A stretch of DNA of 64,000 nt from Oculina patagonica (lineage: Eukaryota), in contig NC_135759.1 of NCBI RefSeq assembly GCF_052425735.1, positions 24,428,001 to 24,492,000 on the forward strand. The letters run 5' to 3'. The translations under genes were made by a program, and so were the position numbers. Under the pieces are notes generated by a model. The model saw only the letters and a program-made list of their open reading frames with translations, did no database searches and was not told the DNA's origin. Below are positions 27,725-40,779 of this stretch, one piece after another (the first letter of the stretch is position 1; each line of letters opens with the position of its first letter).

Positions 27725-28066
27725 AGTCTCATACAAATCATCACGTTAGTTCTGCCTGGCATCAGTCTAGTTAAGATTGCACTATGCACCATCACGTTTA
27801 AATTCCTTGAACAAGAAGATTGGTCATTGCTCACACCCAGTTGTCAGTCAACCAGCAAAGCCTAAAAGTTAACAAACAAACTGCGCTTTTTCTACGACAG
27901 CTCCCGATAGAATTTGTTTTATCTATACTGAGAATGTTACGTTAAAACACTAACAAGTGATATATACCTTTTGTCAATGGTCGGTATCTTTCGGTTACGT
28001 GAGTTTTTGTAGCGTGTTCCGTTTGCCCTTGACTCTGCAACTGAACATGACATGAATGCAAGAGCA

Positions 28067-29664
28067 TTCATTCTTCAGGACTGTGAAGAGGAACCACTTG
28101 GATTTAGGTGGAAAAAATGTGTCAAATTTTTGGGTATCTTCATTACATATGACGTCAAGCTACTTGTTGAAAAAAATTTTAAACAAAGATTGAAGAAAAT
28201 TGCAAAGTTAATAAATCTTTAGAAGTCAAGAAACCTTTCCATTCATGGCAAAGTTAACATAATTAAAGCAATCCTTCTCCCCAAAATGATCTTTCCAAGC
28301 TCTTTTTTAAGTACTCCGTCATCTGTAGTAAAAGAATTTAACTCCTTGGTTTTTAACTTCCTGTGGAATGGGAAAGATAAAGTTACCCGACGCTCAACGT
28401 ACGCACCTTATAACTTAGGTGGTCTTAAAATGATCGACTGCTCTGGTTTTTGGAAGCTTCACCTCAATTATCTTTTGAGCAACCAAGGAGGATTATTTTT
28501 CTTTCAATGCAATTATGATGTAAATAAATTAAATATTTCATCAACCTTTTACCTTGAACTTTTATCATGGTGGTCTGAATTAAGAGAAAGCGCAGACCCT
28601 GACAGAGGTTACAAATATATTTTATGGAATAATAAAGAAATTTTGATTGAGGGCAGGACTATTTTTTATAGGCATTACTTTAATAATGGTGTTGTTTTTA
28701 CAAAGGACCCGCTTTTTGATAAGACAAATATTGAGTCTTTCAGTACCATGAAAATACAAGGTTTATCAAATACAAACTTTTTAGTTTGGACTGGTCTAAG
28801 ACAATCTGTCCCACTGAACCTACGTGGCAATGTGCCTAGCTCTAAGGAAGTTTTTGATATAGAAAATTATAAATGTCGAAATTACTATTGTCACTTAATA
28901 AAACTCAAATATGAAAAACCTAGCAAATGGGATAAACTCGGTCTAGAATTTGACTTGAGAGAAGATCAAATTTCATGGGCATACCTTCTACCTTTGAGGG
29001 TAGCAAGCGAACCTTATGTACGCTCCTTTCAATACAAGGTGTTAAATTCTATTCTCTTTTCAAATGACCGCCTGTTTAAAATAGGCTACGTAACAAATCC
29101 TAACTGTACTTTTTGTCAAGTGAGTCGAGATACTATCAATCACTTTTTGTTTGAATGCACTTTTTCAAAGTCCTTTTGGAATACGGTGACCGTTAATATT
29201 TTGAATAGGCTTGGTAGTTGCTGGTGTCTTTTGTTACGTGATGTTATTATTGGAATTCTTAAGGAGGGAATGGACTTGGTAAACTATATAATAATTTTAG
29301 GAAAAACGTATCTTTGGACCTGTAAACGAAAAGGAATTAAACCCAACTTTGATCACTTCAAACAAATTTTAGAAATCAAATACGAAACTGAAAAATATAT
29401 CGCTTTTAAGACAAATCAGATTAACGTGTTCAACAAAAAATGGAAAGCATTTGAGGAAAACGTCTAGAATAAGTAAAGTTAAGTAATAAGTTAGGTAAGG
29501 TAAAGTAATTACTCCTGTTGTACTTATAATTTTGTATGTTTTAGTATACGGTGTAAAAAAAGCCTTGAGAAACTAAATTGTAAAGTTAAAATCTATTGCA
29601 CATAAGTATAGGTTAAATCTTATCCTCTAATTTTGTAAAGTGTTGATTATCAATAAAAAAAAAA
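28067..29664 (+). mobile_element. 5'-truncated L1/Tx1-clade LINE (ORF2 3' half)
   Basis: RT thumb motif VKFLGIFIT; L*KSRNLSIHGKVNIIKAILLP with an in-frame stop; zf-RVT-type CTFC..DTINHFLFEC in ORF 28286-29467; AATAAA/poly-A tail; 15-bp TSD ATGAATGCAAGAGCA at 28052-28066 and 29665-29679. Confidence 0.93.
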
Positions 29665-29755
29665 ATGAATGCAAGAGCACAAATTTTCATTTTACGCTCG
29701 AAAGCTGAAAAATATGGGAGGTATCATTCCTTTTATAGTGGAACTTCTTGTTTAA

Positions 29756-30289
29756 CTCTTGGACGAGCAAGCAAAAACATACCCCCTCCGAAGTACAGGG
29801 GCGGGGGGGGGGGGAGGTGGAACCCCTCCTCAGGAAATTATTTTGAACTGTAGCTTACTATACAAAATGATATACATTTTGTTGGTTGTGATGTCTATGA
29901 CGTCACATGTCGTCATTAGAGCCGCCATCTTGGATCCGCCATCTTAGATTTCACCATTTTCTTAAAAAAGTGAAAAAAATAACGAACATTGATGCACAAT
30001 CAAGCCAGCATGAAAGTAGTATGATTACGTTTCAAAAACACTGTATAAAAAAAAGAAAAATGTTAAAAATGACGATTTTTGGCCAGACCTTCATGTAAGA
30101 ATGATGTGGCTATGGTAACGTCAAATTAAATACCATGTGCACATGTTTGACATATCAAAATTTCCGCGAGGGATAAATGAACAGATACTGAATGTTTCAG
30201 CATTATAAAGTAAATCCTTTTTTAAAAAAAATTAAAAAAAATCTCAAGGGGGGCGGCATCCACCCCATAGCTCCTTGTACGTCCGATGG
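29756..30289. mobile_element. piggyBac-like MITE
   Basis: TTAA flanks (29752-29755, 30290-30293) and imperfect TIR CTCTTGGACG / CGTCCGATGG. Confidence 0.65.
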
Positions 30290-30346
30290 TTAATTTACGC
30301 TACATTTGTGACGCTTTGTTTATATGAATGCGCATGCATGCAATTT

Positions 30347-30481
30347 AACAAATTGACGTCAGTTTTTTATGCGTCTGTCCTGATATTGATGATAAACATA
30401 ATATTGTCAAAGTGTTTATATTATCACATTATTTTTCATCAATAACAGGACAGACGCATAAAAAACTGACCTCAATTTGTT
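30347..30481. mobile_element. Foldback (hairpin) element
   Basis: ~45-bp arms AACAAATTGACGTCAGTTTTTTATGCGTCTGTCCTG... / ...CAGGACAGACGCATAAAAAACTGACCTCAATTTGTT. Confidence 0.75.
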
Positions 30482-30844
30482 TCTTTCAATAACAAAAAGC
30501 CAAAAGTGATTTTCAAACGAAGGAACGAAATGCAAGAGTCAAGAGTTATGCTGCGATTGCCGCACCGCTGCATAACTGGAATTTAATCGCAGTAATAAGG
30601 AGAAACCCAGGCGTGTAAATTAAACGTTTAGTAAGAATAAGGCCAGAAATACAAGGTAAGATTCGAATTGCTCAACTAACCTTTAATCCAGTGAAAAAAC
30701 ATCCTCTAAAACGCAGTTCAACTTTTTAATTTCATTGACAGCACAAATTTCCAGGTCACCGCCGATTTTCAGGTCTGAAGCCTCAATAAACATCCCCTTT
30801 CTTCGCTCTAAGGCTGCAATGGTTTCTTCAGTTTTAACTCATAA

Positions 30845-31141
30845 AAGATCAGGCAATTTTCTGTAACTATGTCTGGCAACAAAACTGTAAAACAACAAAA
30901 CAAACATACATCAGGCGCGGCCATAGCAGGCATGCATCTATTCTATAATATGTTTGTGCATTGTCTCCAGTGTACTAAACTCTATCATGGCTGTCATCGT
31001 AGAGCGCAAATGTCTTCGTGGGTGTCCCGAATGTTTTTCTCGAAAAACCCAGCACAACGTGAACAAAGAAAAACGAGAAAATCAAAACGTTTTCCGTTTT
31101 TAGAAAAACCTAGAATCATTACCTCAGTATCCGATCTTTAA
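30845..31141 (+). pseudogene. Orphan 3' fragment of K2P exon 2 (duplicate of the copy 4 end)
   Basis: Aligns to 22090-22610 (loop, M4, CxxC tail) with deletions and lacks the 162-bp insertion. The 3' flank also aligns (22620-23600 vs 31145-32000). Confidence 0.88.
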
Positions 31142-32042
31142 AGAGAAGTAAGAATACAAAAACAAACACTTTTACTTGTACCATTAATTTACATTTTTGA
31201 TAATTTGCAGTTATTTAAACTAAAACATGGTAACTTGTCATACAAAAGAACTTTAAAAGCTAAACTAGGATGACCAGGACCCGGTAGCGGTCAATAAAAA
31301 ATATTAAAGAAGCAGTGGTGTCAATCGTGATGTAAAGAGTGTTTTTGCAATTGGTTTTTATTCCGTTTCATTTCTTTCAAGGGGATGGGAATTCGACATC
31401 TGCACGCAAACTAACGAATAAAAGAAATATAAATACAAAATACCCTGCAACGCGTTAAACAATATGTTTGTGTAGCGTAAACCATTTTCATATCTCTTAT
31501 TTATTTGTTTTTAACATATTTTTATTGTCTTCAGTAAATCCTTTGTACTTTTTATAACGCTTCATAATAATATATTTTTTTACCAGTTTTAACATTCCCA
31601 TGTCTTAATTTTACCCCTATATGCAAACTTTAATGGCTTATTTTAAATTGAAAGTGAACTCAGATGGGTCGTTTTTTATCGTCGGTTTTATCCTGAAAAG
31701 CTCTTGGAAGAAACTTCTTAGCATTTCCAAAGTGTATCGAAAGACTGCATAAATATTTGATTAAGTACGCAGCTGCTGCATGCAAATGTAATAACATATA
31801 TCTCACTGATTTACATCGACAAATTTCATCCTTTGTGCTGGAACATAATGTTATCAAAACATTGTTGCCTCTTGGATTGTCCCTTAGATCATGGGTAATA
31901 GTGCGGTCAAAGTTGGCTTGTTTAGTAGGTGAGTCATTGTCATTTTGTTAACTGAAATAATACAGCTTTCTTGCAGTTTCTCAGTTGTTTTCCTGAGATG
32001 GTCATGACTTTTTCCTTGTCAACTATCGGGCACGGCACCTAA

Positions 32043-32747
32043 GGGTGCGTTTCTTTGGGAAAATCCAAATCCAGATTCTTGTCTCCAAAACGGATTTTGC
32101 GCTTCTTTACTTGTAACCGAAAATGGATTAATCAGGGATTAGTGATTTGAAGAATCCACACTCCGAGTTGATTTATCAGATATCGAAATCCGGATTTTTA
32201 GGATTCGTGATCCGTGCGTTTCTTTGGGAAAGGATTAGAAAAGCGTGCATTGGCCCAGCGGTCTTCGCTGTAAAACTACAGGTTCGCTTTTAGTGAACAC
32301 TGTCATACGGTAAGTTTCCAAGCGTCTATTTCGACTAATATGCAAAAATGATTCATTATAAAAGGTATTGATAGCTTGATTAGTGTAAAGTGTCATTTTA
32401 AACTGGATGCAGGGTTTCTAGAACAGTCACTGTGTGCTAACGGAAGCTGTATCCTTCTCAAATCGTCACAAGTATAGTTTGCGCTGATCGCAGTTATTCG
32501 CTTTCAGATGCCTTCCCGCTACATTATACTTTAGGCTTAAAAAGAAGTGCTTCGACGTGTAAATTTTGCGAAGGCTTTTTTACGCTGAAATGATACATTC
32601 GACAAAAAAATTGGGTACTAATATTTTATGTTCTGTACGAACATTGTTTTAATACGGGGTTGTCATGGCAAAATATCCATTTTCGGTTTCTTCGTTTCTT
32701 TGTGAGCGAAGTATTCGTGTGATCTAAGATAAATTATCCAATCACCC
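32043..32747. mobile_element. PIF/Harbinger-like non-autonomous element
   Basis: TAA|GGGTG ... CACCC|TAA, with GGATT/AATCC subterminal motifs. The homologous site near 25545 is empty. Confidence 0.6.
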
Positions 32748-33301
32748 TAAACCGCTCTATTTTGCTTCCGTGGTAATAGCCTTGTATTTATTTCTATCCT
32801 TTTTCCGTAGTTATAGCCTTTTATTTCAAATCATGTTACATCATGGGAGCTGAGTCCAAGAGTCCAAGATGAGTTTACGTGTGACTCTTTTCTAGAACGC
32901 CATAAGCTGCCGTTTTACAAATAAACAGTTCGATTCTTTTAGATCTTTACCCTTCGACTACTTTATTGGAAGATCGGAAAGTGTCCCTCCCCAACACCCC
33001 TGGCCCAAAAAAACGCATGTAACCGCCTGGCGTTTTATAAAGGGAACTGGGCTGTGCAGTTGCCTTAAAAACAAAAGAGTGACCTGGATTCCTCAAGACT
33101 GCTGTATTTCTGGCAACACTGTGTAACAAAGTATAAAAGTGAGGAAAACCTAGTTCACTATAATAAGAAAAAAACTCGACAGAAAAAAAAAACTAAATGT
33201 AAGCAAATGCTAGTGCTCAAGTAAAGTAGTACTTGTAGGAAGTATGTCATTAACTGAACTTCATGACACAACGTAATAGATTTCTCATTCCTTCGTATTT
33301 A

Positions 33302-33479
33302 GAGGAGCCTGAAGGGGTACCATGGGAACTGAGACTTGGGCAAAATTTCACTGGGAAAATGGGATTTGGGTCACTGGGACTGGGAATCACAAACAAAAAA
33401 CATTGGAACTGGGACTGGGATTTGGGAAATTATGGGAAAACAATAGGGTGGGACAAATTTGGGCTGGCAAAACGAGATT
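33302..33479. mobile_element. GAGG-start MITE remnant (TGGGA-rich) upstream of copy 6
   Basis: Flanked by TATTTA (33296-33301, 33480-33485) and absent at the homologous site upstream of copy 5 (~26103). Confidence 0.7.
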
Positions 33480-33618
33480 TATTTAGCATAAAATGTTTAT
33501 CCAAGAGTCAATTTATCTGCAGCATACATTTTCTTTTCACAGCTCACGCAAAGGATAATACTTATTCTGAACTTCAAAACACGAGAAAAGCGTAACTGGT
33601 ACTGGTGTGGCCTTGAAG

Positions 33619-33951
33619 ATGGACCCGCCACTCAAAACAGCGCTCCTTCGCACTCTGGCCTTTTTTTTAGTGACCATTCTCAGCGCTTGGTTGTTTGTTC
33701 AAGTGGAGTACACGGGAAAAGACAACAACAAAGAAAAATATCAGTTGCTACACTCTCTGTATACATCCATGTCTTCTAAATATAACATGACCATCGAGGA
33801 GTTTAACAACTTTTCCAATGTAGCACATGAAGCCCTGAGTGAGCCTAAACCACAGTGGACTTTTTTTACTGCATACGAGTTTGTCATGAGCGCTGTAACT
33901 ACTATAGGTAAAAAAAGAATAGTCTTTAAAAACTGAATGCATCTGCAAATA

Positions 33952-33987
<36 letters not shown>

Positions 33988-35044
33988 CATACTTGCTTGC
34001 TCGATCGATTGATTGATCGATCGATTGATTGATTGATTGCATACTTGCTTGCTCGATTGATTGATTGATCGATCGATCGAGTGATTGATTGAGTAATTGA
34101 CTGTTTGATTGGGGATGGGGTGGGGGGGCTTAATAGGGCTTTTACGGTAACTATACTCTTCATTATTCTCAGGTTTTAAAGCAATCACCTGTTCTTTTGA
34201 TTATTTTATAACACTTTATAATTACTATTCTTACCTAAAAACAAGAAAAAGGATCACAGAAATAAGTGTACAGATGATTTTCCACTGCCAAATCTACTTC
34301 TGGGTACCTCTTCTGCCACGCCAGGATAACGCAAACTATACGTGTTAATATGTTGTTGATCTGTTTTCTGCAGGTTATGGGTACATCACTCCTCAAACTT
34401 CCGCTGGCCAGATATTGTGCATCGTCGTCTCTTTATTCGGCATTCCTATCACATTGCTCACGCTTAAGTCCATCGGTGAACTCATTGCGAGAAAGGTAAA
34501 CGGAATTGTCACAAAGTTTGAAAAGAAAGTTCTCAAGAGGGTGGAACCAAAACAAGTCAAAACTAAGAGTGCCGTAATTTTAGTTACATCAATGGTTGTG
34601 TTAATGACAGAAACTGGTTATTTAATTTCGTATCTTGAAGACTGGACCTTCATCGAAGCAGTGTATTTCTGGTTTATAACTTTTAGTACAATTGGGTTTG
34701 GTGACTACTTTGTCAGTGCTATCAACCACCAAAGTATCAACAAATTTTCTTTTAACATTTCTATACATCAAGATAACAAAGATGAATCACTTGATATGAT
34801 GAAATATAAGTACCCGTTTGTCTACAATATATTCGCCACCTTGCATTACTTATTTGGTTTATGCATTGTCTCAAGTGTACTTAACTCCATTGTGGAGTCC
34901 CTCGAGGAAGGGAAACGTTGCATTCAGTGTCCCGGATGTTTTCCTCGAACAATTCAGGACCAAGCGAACAGTCAGCAAAATAACACTTCAGAGCAGCGAG
35001 AAATGGACGTGACATGTTTCAGTATGGAACATCTTCAAACTTAG
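33619..35044 (+). CDS. K2P (TASK-like) channel, copy 6; exons 33619-33907 + 34374-35044; 319 aa
   Basis: P1 AVTTIG|YGYITP; P2 TFSTIGFGDYF; sister of copy 5 (HLQT* end, AYEF pore helix). Confidence 0.95.
33954..34110. repeat. Compound (GATT/GATC)n microsatellite in copy 6 intron
   Basis: Read directly; includes a duplicated GCATACTTGCTTGCTC unit. Confidence 0.9.
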
Positions 35045-35139
35045 TATTGCCATCATAATCATAGCCTTATTTTGATCTGGCTCTCTGGTAGAGACTATCT
35101 ACTCTCTACACTAACGTCCAAAAGCATTAAAAACATGAT

Positions 35140-35355
35140 CCCGGGCATCTTCCCTGGATGGGATGCTAGTATATTGCAGGGCTAAACCCAACATTAAATT
35201 TGCCTGTCCCCATTTATACACCTGGTTAGAGAGGGGCACTATTAATGTAAAGTGTCTTGCCCAAGAACACAACGTATGTGGCGTCGGCGATGGCTAGAAC
35301 CAGGACCACTTGATCCAAAGTCCAGCGCGCTAAGTATTAGGTTACAGCGCCTCCC
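35140..35355 (-). mobile_element. tRNA-derived SINE family A, diverged copy
   Basis: Aligns to 13865-14078. Confidence 0.8.
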
Positions 35356-37897
35356 ATATTACTTAAACCAAGGATTACCTCAGGCTTCACTTCTCAAAAC
35401 CTCTAAACATCAAAGACGCATCCGTTATTATACATGAAACAACTTACCTCATCTCATTCCGTGAGGTTGTTTGCTATTAATTTTGAGTCCAAGCTTCATT
35501 TAAAATGCTCAATCAAGACACGAACGCATTTATCTGTAGCTTAATTTTTTACTGGTCTACTGTTCGTAATTATGTCTGAAATGGTAGAATTGAACCCTGT
35601 ATGAGTGTTGTAAAAATAGTTCCAATTCTTACGAGCCCCATTTACGAATGTATCTGTATAAATATTGCTATAAATAATTACATCGCCACCGCACAAGCTT
35701 CTACTGTTTCCCGGTGGCGCATATAAGTCATAAAAATAAGGCAAAACAGCTCTTGCATGTTCAGGCAAGTTTTCAATACAGTGAAAATCCTGTATCGTAA
35801 AAACATTGTATACATATGCATATTTGAGATACTTTGAGCTGCCGGCTGCATTACTTTGGTTCGAGACACCGGAACTCCATAAAAGGTTAGTTTATTAAAT
35901 AGAGGAGGCTAATTCATCATTTTCATTTATAATTTCACATTACATGTGATGGTAGAACTGTAGCCCGCTCAGCAAGTTTTGATCTACTTAAAATATCACA
36001 TATCGTATTGAAAAAGCTTTCCTTTTGTACGCTACAATTGTGACGCTATTTATGAATGCGCGTGCAAAACAGAATTTACACTACGAATAGTGTAAGCTCT
36101 TAATTGCTTGAGATTTTATACAATTACTCATTTGTCATATGACTGACAAAATTACGAACGCGCTTGCATTTATTTGCACTGCAGTGCAAATTAAAAATTC
36201 ATGATAAATTTGCCTGCTCTCAGCCAATCGCAGTGGAGTTATTTTCCCAGTCATGTAATAAGTCCCATAATAATAAATGGAATTCGAAATTTAAAAAAAA
36301 AAAAAACTAGCAAAATATCTCAAGAGCTTGACAACCTTAGCCGTGGTATTTTAAGTCATCACTTAAGTCAAATTCCACATCAAAACGTCAATCAAATACA
36401 GGTATTAAGATATAAAAGCCCACATCTACTATCAGTATAGGTTTAATTCGCAATCATTAGTAACAAGCGCGCAAGTTTTAAAATAACGAACGAAATTCAA
36501 GTTATGCCCAAACGCTAATATTGTATAGTCAAGTACATATTAAAAGATAAACGATTAAAGCTGCAATGTTTCCATTTTCGTATCAGTGTAATTTGCATAC
36601 ATCTGCAGCTAGCATGCTTGACGCCTTCATTTTGTCATAGCCGTTTTGCGTTAGCTATGAACGGATGCCCCACTACGGTCTCATACCAATTTTTGAAATG
36701 AAAAAATCATATTGCGCCTAAAAGTAAATTTAGCCTGTTTTATCCCCCCTGGATAATGCATAAACATAAGTGTGAGAGGCATCTTGCAGAGCTTTGTTTC
36801 ATCTGTTAGTGATAACATTTTTACCGTCGATTGCTCGTTAAGACCTATCCAAAAGTTGAAAACATATTTTAGAAAACATGAGCGCTTTCAAAAGTCTTAC
36901 TATTTTTAATCACTTGCAGATATAATAGCACTTATCCTTAACGATGTTAACAGTGTTTTCTAGAATGAATATGCTCGTCAAAACAAAAGACAAACCAATT
37001 ATTTCAAATACAATACAAATGCGGCGGCCTACTTTACGTCTAGTAGGATGATTGGTCCAAATAACATAAAAGAACACATATAGTATATTCTTAATTTAGA
37101 ATACCATGGAGATTGGTAGTGCCACAACAAAAATCTCATTTTGAAGAAAACACAATACTTCAACTTTTTGGCAACCTTTTGAAGTAAGTGTTGAGGTCGT
37201 GGGCATTACATAATTATTTAATTCTTCAAACTAAAACGATTATTTAAATTGCCTTGTTTTAATTCATGCTGTGTACTTCGTTTTGCTTCCCACGGATCGA
37301 CAAAGCCGCTTAACTACGTGCCTACGTATTCAAGATATCATCTGCAAGGTAAGAAAGGAAGACAGAAGAAATCAAGTGAGTCAGAAGTAAGTCGACAACT
37401 TATTTTAGTTACATTTAGTGAGGGAGAAAGTACGCTCGCATAAAGGAAATCGTTTACGAACACTTTAAAAGATGCATTATGTAAAAACATATTTTAATAT
37501 CAAATGTGTGAAGACGGCTCAGTTAAATCCACAGAGTTCGGTCCATACACTGAAATTATCATATGAAAATGGCCACCTATTTAATTTAGAGAAGTGTCAG
37601 TAGAATATATTTTAATTTGTCCAAGAAATAATCAACAAACCGTTCATCTGCACGATTTCAGTAATTTCAACTCATATACAAGGAATCGCTTACTGCATAT
37701 TGCGAAAGATGATAAAGTTAAACACCAACACCTGACACCTGCTTAATACGGAAAGCTGGTAATTCCATTTTTCAAGAAATATCCAACGGGCTATTCTTCT
37801 GTAGGATTTCAGTAATTTTTACTCGTGTACGAGAGATCATTGTTTTGAATATAACGGGAGATATATATAAAAAATGTTGTTGAGTTGAACACCTACC

Positions 37898-38115
37898 GAG
37901 TAGGGTCAAGGCGAAGGCGAAGAATACTTCTTACACCGAAATCACCATGCAGACAGGCACAATATCTACAGTAGTTTTGAAAGCACATAGTATAATTTCG
38001 AAGAAAAATTCAACAAACCGTTTATTTGTAAAATTTTAGTATTTTTTTGCTGTGGTTATAATGGTTATGCAACAGATTATAGAACAAATTCAAAGAACAT
38101 GAGATGTTGTGAGAT
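37898..38115. repeat. ~220-bp direct repeat, second copy at 41947-42163
   Basis: CGAGT..GGTCAAGGCGAAGAATACTTCTTACACCGAAATCACC ... GAGATGTTGTGAGAT occurs on both sides of the 3.8-kb element; more degenerate units lie at 37520-37890. Confidence 0.85.
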
Positions 38116-39832
38116 TACTCGTATACAGGAATTTTTTTTACTGAATATTGCGTAAGATCAATAACTAGATGGGTTCAGTTAAGGTCGCGGGGGACACCTT
38201 AGGCTCATCATTATGCATTTATTTAAAGTGTATGCACGAAGTACAACGACTGACATCGACAACTCTACGAGATATTTATGACTGGACAAAAATATGGGCG
38301 CGTGCGCGTGATTTGTAAAAAATCCCTGTTTCTTTGATATTTTAACCAATTTAAATCAACATTTAGCGATGTATACGTTCATATAGATTGTAGGAAGTCT
38401 TTGAGCTTATTTTCATTTAAATTGGAATATTTCTGCAACTCAGATTAATCACATAAACAATGTCCTTTTTAAAAACGCATTGTTCTCACCATAAAAGCGT
38501 GGAATATAATTACCATAATTACATCTCTCCTTGGCCAAATTATCGTATTTACGTCGGGACACCTTCGGAAATCTCAAAGTTTGGACTTTTCCGACAATTT
38601 TGTGGCAGAGAATACAGCCCGGATACAGAACTTCATGACTTCCGACTGCAGATACGTAAACTATGAATACTGTAGTGTGTCATAACAGAGGCGGAATTTT
38701 AAAAGAGCGCTTTTAGAAAGAGGTAGAAGACATTAAATTCAAATTTGCGCACTTAAACCGCCATAACTTTCTGGCAAACTTTAAATTAAAAAATCCGATA
38801 TAGTGATAGTATTTGATGAGCTGATCAATTTCAGATATAGGCCCATCCGCAATTCTGTCAGGGGAGACATTTTTTGGACCCAGGGGGTGGGGGCGGGCAA
38901 CATGTAAGCTTTATGGTGAAATAACTAAACCATTTTGGTTAAAGCACTAAATTTGGCAATTATAGTTATTAACGGGCTGATTGATTTCATCTTTGGATCT
39001 ATTTGGGTTTCTTTCAGGGTTGCCTTTTTTACCCAAGCGGATGGGGTTGTCTCGTTTTGAGCTTTGTGATCAAAGCACTATTTTTGGCTCGTTTATAGCA
39101 TTAAATGTGATCACCAATCTCAGTATCAATGGGCTCATCTGAAATAGTTAATGGGAAACTCAGAGAGCATACAGGGGTAGGTATGTTGTCAACTAATGGT
39201 AAATTGATTGTGCATTTAATTTTTGGTTACGAGCACCACATTGATAAGATTAGCCTTGCTCATGAGCCATTCCGGTTTTTTTCCAGCCAGGGTGAACTAT
39301 TTGATCCCTGAAGAAGGATGAATATTTTTGAGCAAATTGGTGAAATGATTGGGCACGTTATGCTAAAAGAATCAAATAGGAATCCAAGAGCTTGACAATT
39401 TCAGCAATGTAAAAGGGGTATTTAACGTTTCTTCAATGGGTATTCAACGTTTCTTCAAAAAATGAAATGGAGGAATTAATGAAAAACAAAAGCTAACACA
39501 ACGACACCCATATTCACTGTTTCCGCCATCAGCTCTCACCATCTTGTTAGACTGCTTTCAAAAAATCTCACCCCACTTGCTTTGTAGTCTCACATCAGGT
39601 TCACCCCTTCGGGGAATTCTTACCCTGTTTCTGATCCCAGGTGCGGAGACCCTCTCCATCCAAACGAAAGAGAAACTCACATGGGCTATGCAAGTTTATC
39701 ATATGTTATTAAAGGAAACCTTCGAGAGTTCTTCTTTCTGCACAGAACCGCAAAAGGCAAAACAAGTGCAGTGCGCTTAGCCAATTTCTTACATATGTGG
39801 ATGTTAACATCCACATATGTATGAAACTTCTT

Positions 39833-40080
39833 GTGTTGTCATGAAAAGACAGACACCAGTCTTCTTCTGTATGCACCGGACTGTGATTATGACAGCCAAA
39901 ACTTCAACAAGTTCGTGATTAGAACAATGGACTCAAATATCTCTGATTTATATACTTCAGATCAGTGGATGGCATTGCCTTCATAGTAAGAAAACAGTTC
40001 TTTGCTATATATTATTGCACAAAACTCTTACAACTCTTGGGAAAGAAACGTCACGAGTCTTCCCTGAATTATCCAGCTGT
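39833..40080 (+). mobile_element. Decayed Academ-type transposase (XPG/FEN-like domain) fragment
   Basis: Translation HEKTDTSLLLYA...FVIRTMDSNI resembles the HEEADTRxxLHA...VVIRxxDTDV motif; frameshifted downstream. Confidence 0.5.
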
Positions 40081-40779
40081 AAACCTCAGAGCATCCAGAA
40101 GAAGCGCAGAGGCACTACCTGCGCAGCATAACGACATTTCCGCTAATATCGTCGTTATTACTCACACATGTGCTGATACAAACGGTCATATTTTTTGAAA
40201 TACTGAAAACTTACATGGGATTTTGCATATTTTAGCCGATAAAGGACTACACTTTTCGGCTGTGTAGAGTGAAGTTCTCGGCGAGGTCCCGAAATTGAAA
40301 TCATTCGCTTCAAAATCAAGGTCTTTTTTTAAACCTTTATTCGATGCCGATCAGAAATGGTCATTATATCCTTGATTACGCATTTGAAGAGAAATTGAAA
40401 CTAGAAATGTTTATAAACATATTAATATAAAAAAATGTCAACTGTTCGATGCGAACAAAATATTTGACAGTGACCCGAAAAATGCCTATTTTTCTAATTT
40501 TCCAGATGTTGCGGCGGGCCCGAAGGGGCAAAATATTTATTGGCTCCTAACGTGGCCAGAAAATCATTTTCAATCAAACCAGATCTGTTTTATTTCTAGC
40601 CTCGGTAAAGTCTTTCAGTACTAGTTGCCAGAGTTTAAGGTAAAATTATTTTTTGACTCGAATTTGAGTGGGTGGTTTTCAGGAAAGACAGCTTCTTAAA
40701 TCTTTTTTCAGACCAAAACAAACGTAACCCTGAAAGCATACCAGAAATGCCCATTGCTGAAATTGAACAATCAAGCTAA

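Noticed and set aside
28286-29467. 393-aa ORF as a host gene
   Set aside because: It is part of a truncated LINE ORF2 bounded by a TSD and poly-A tail.
33741-34188. 140-aa and 146-aa minus-strand ORFs (SINQ repeats)
   Set aside because: Translation of the GATT microsatellite.
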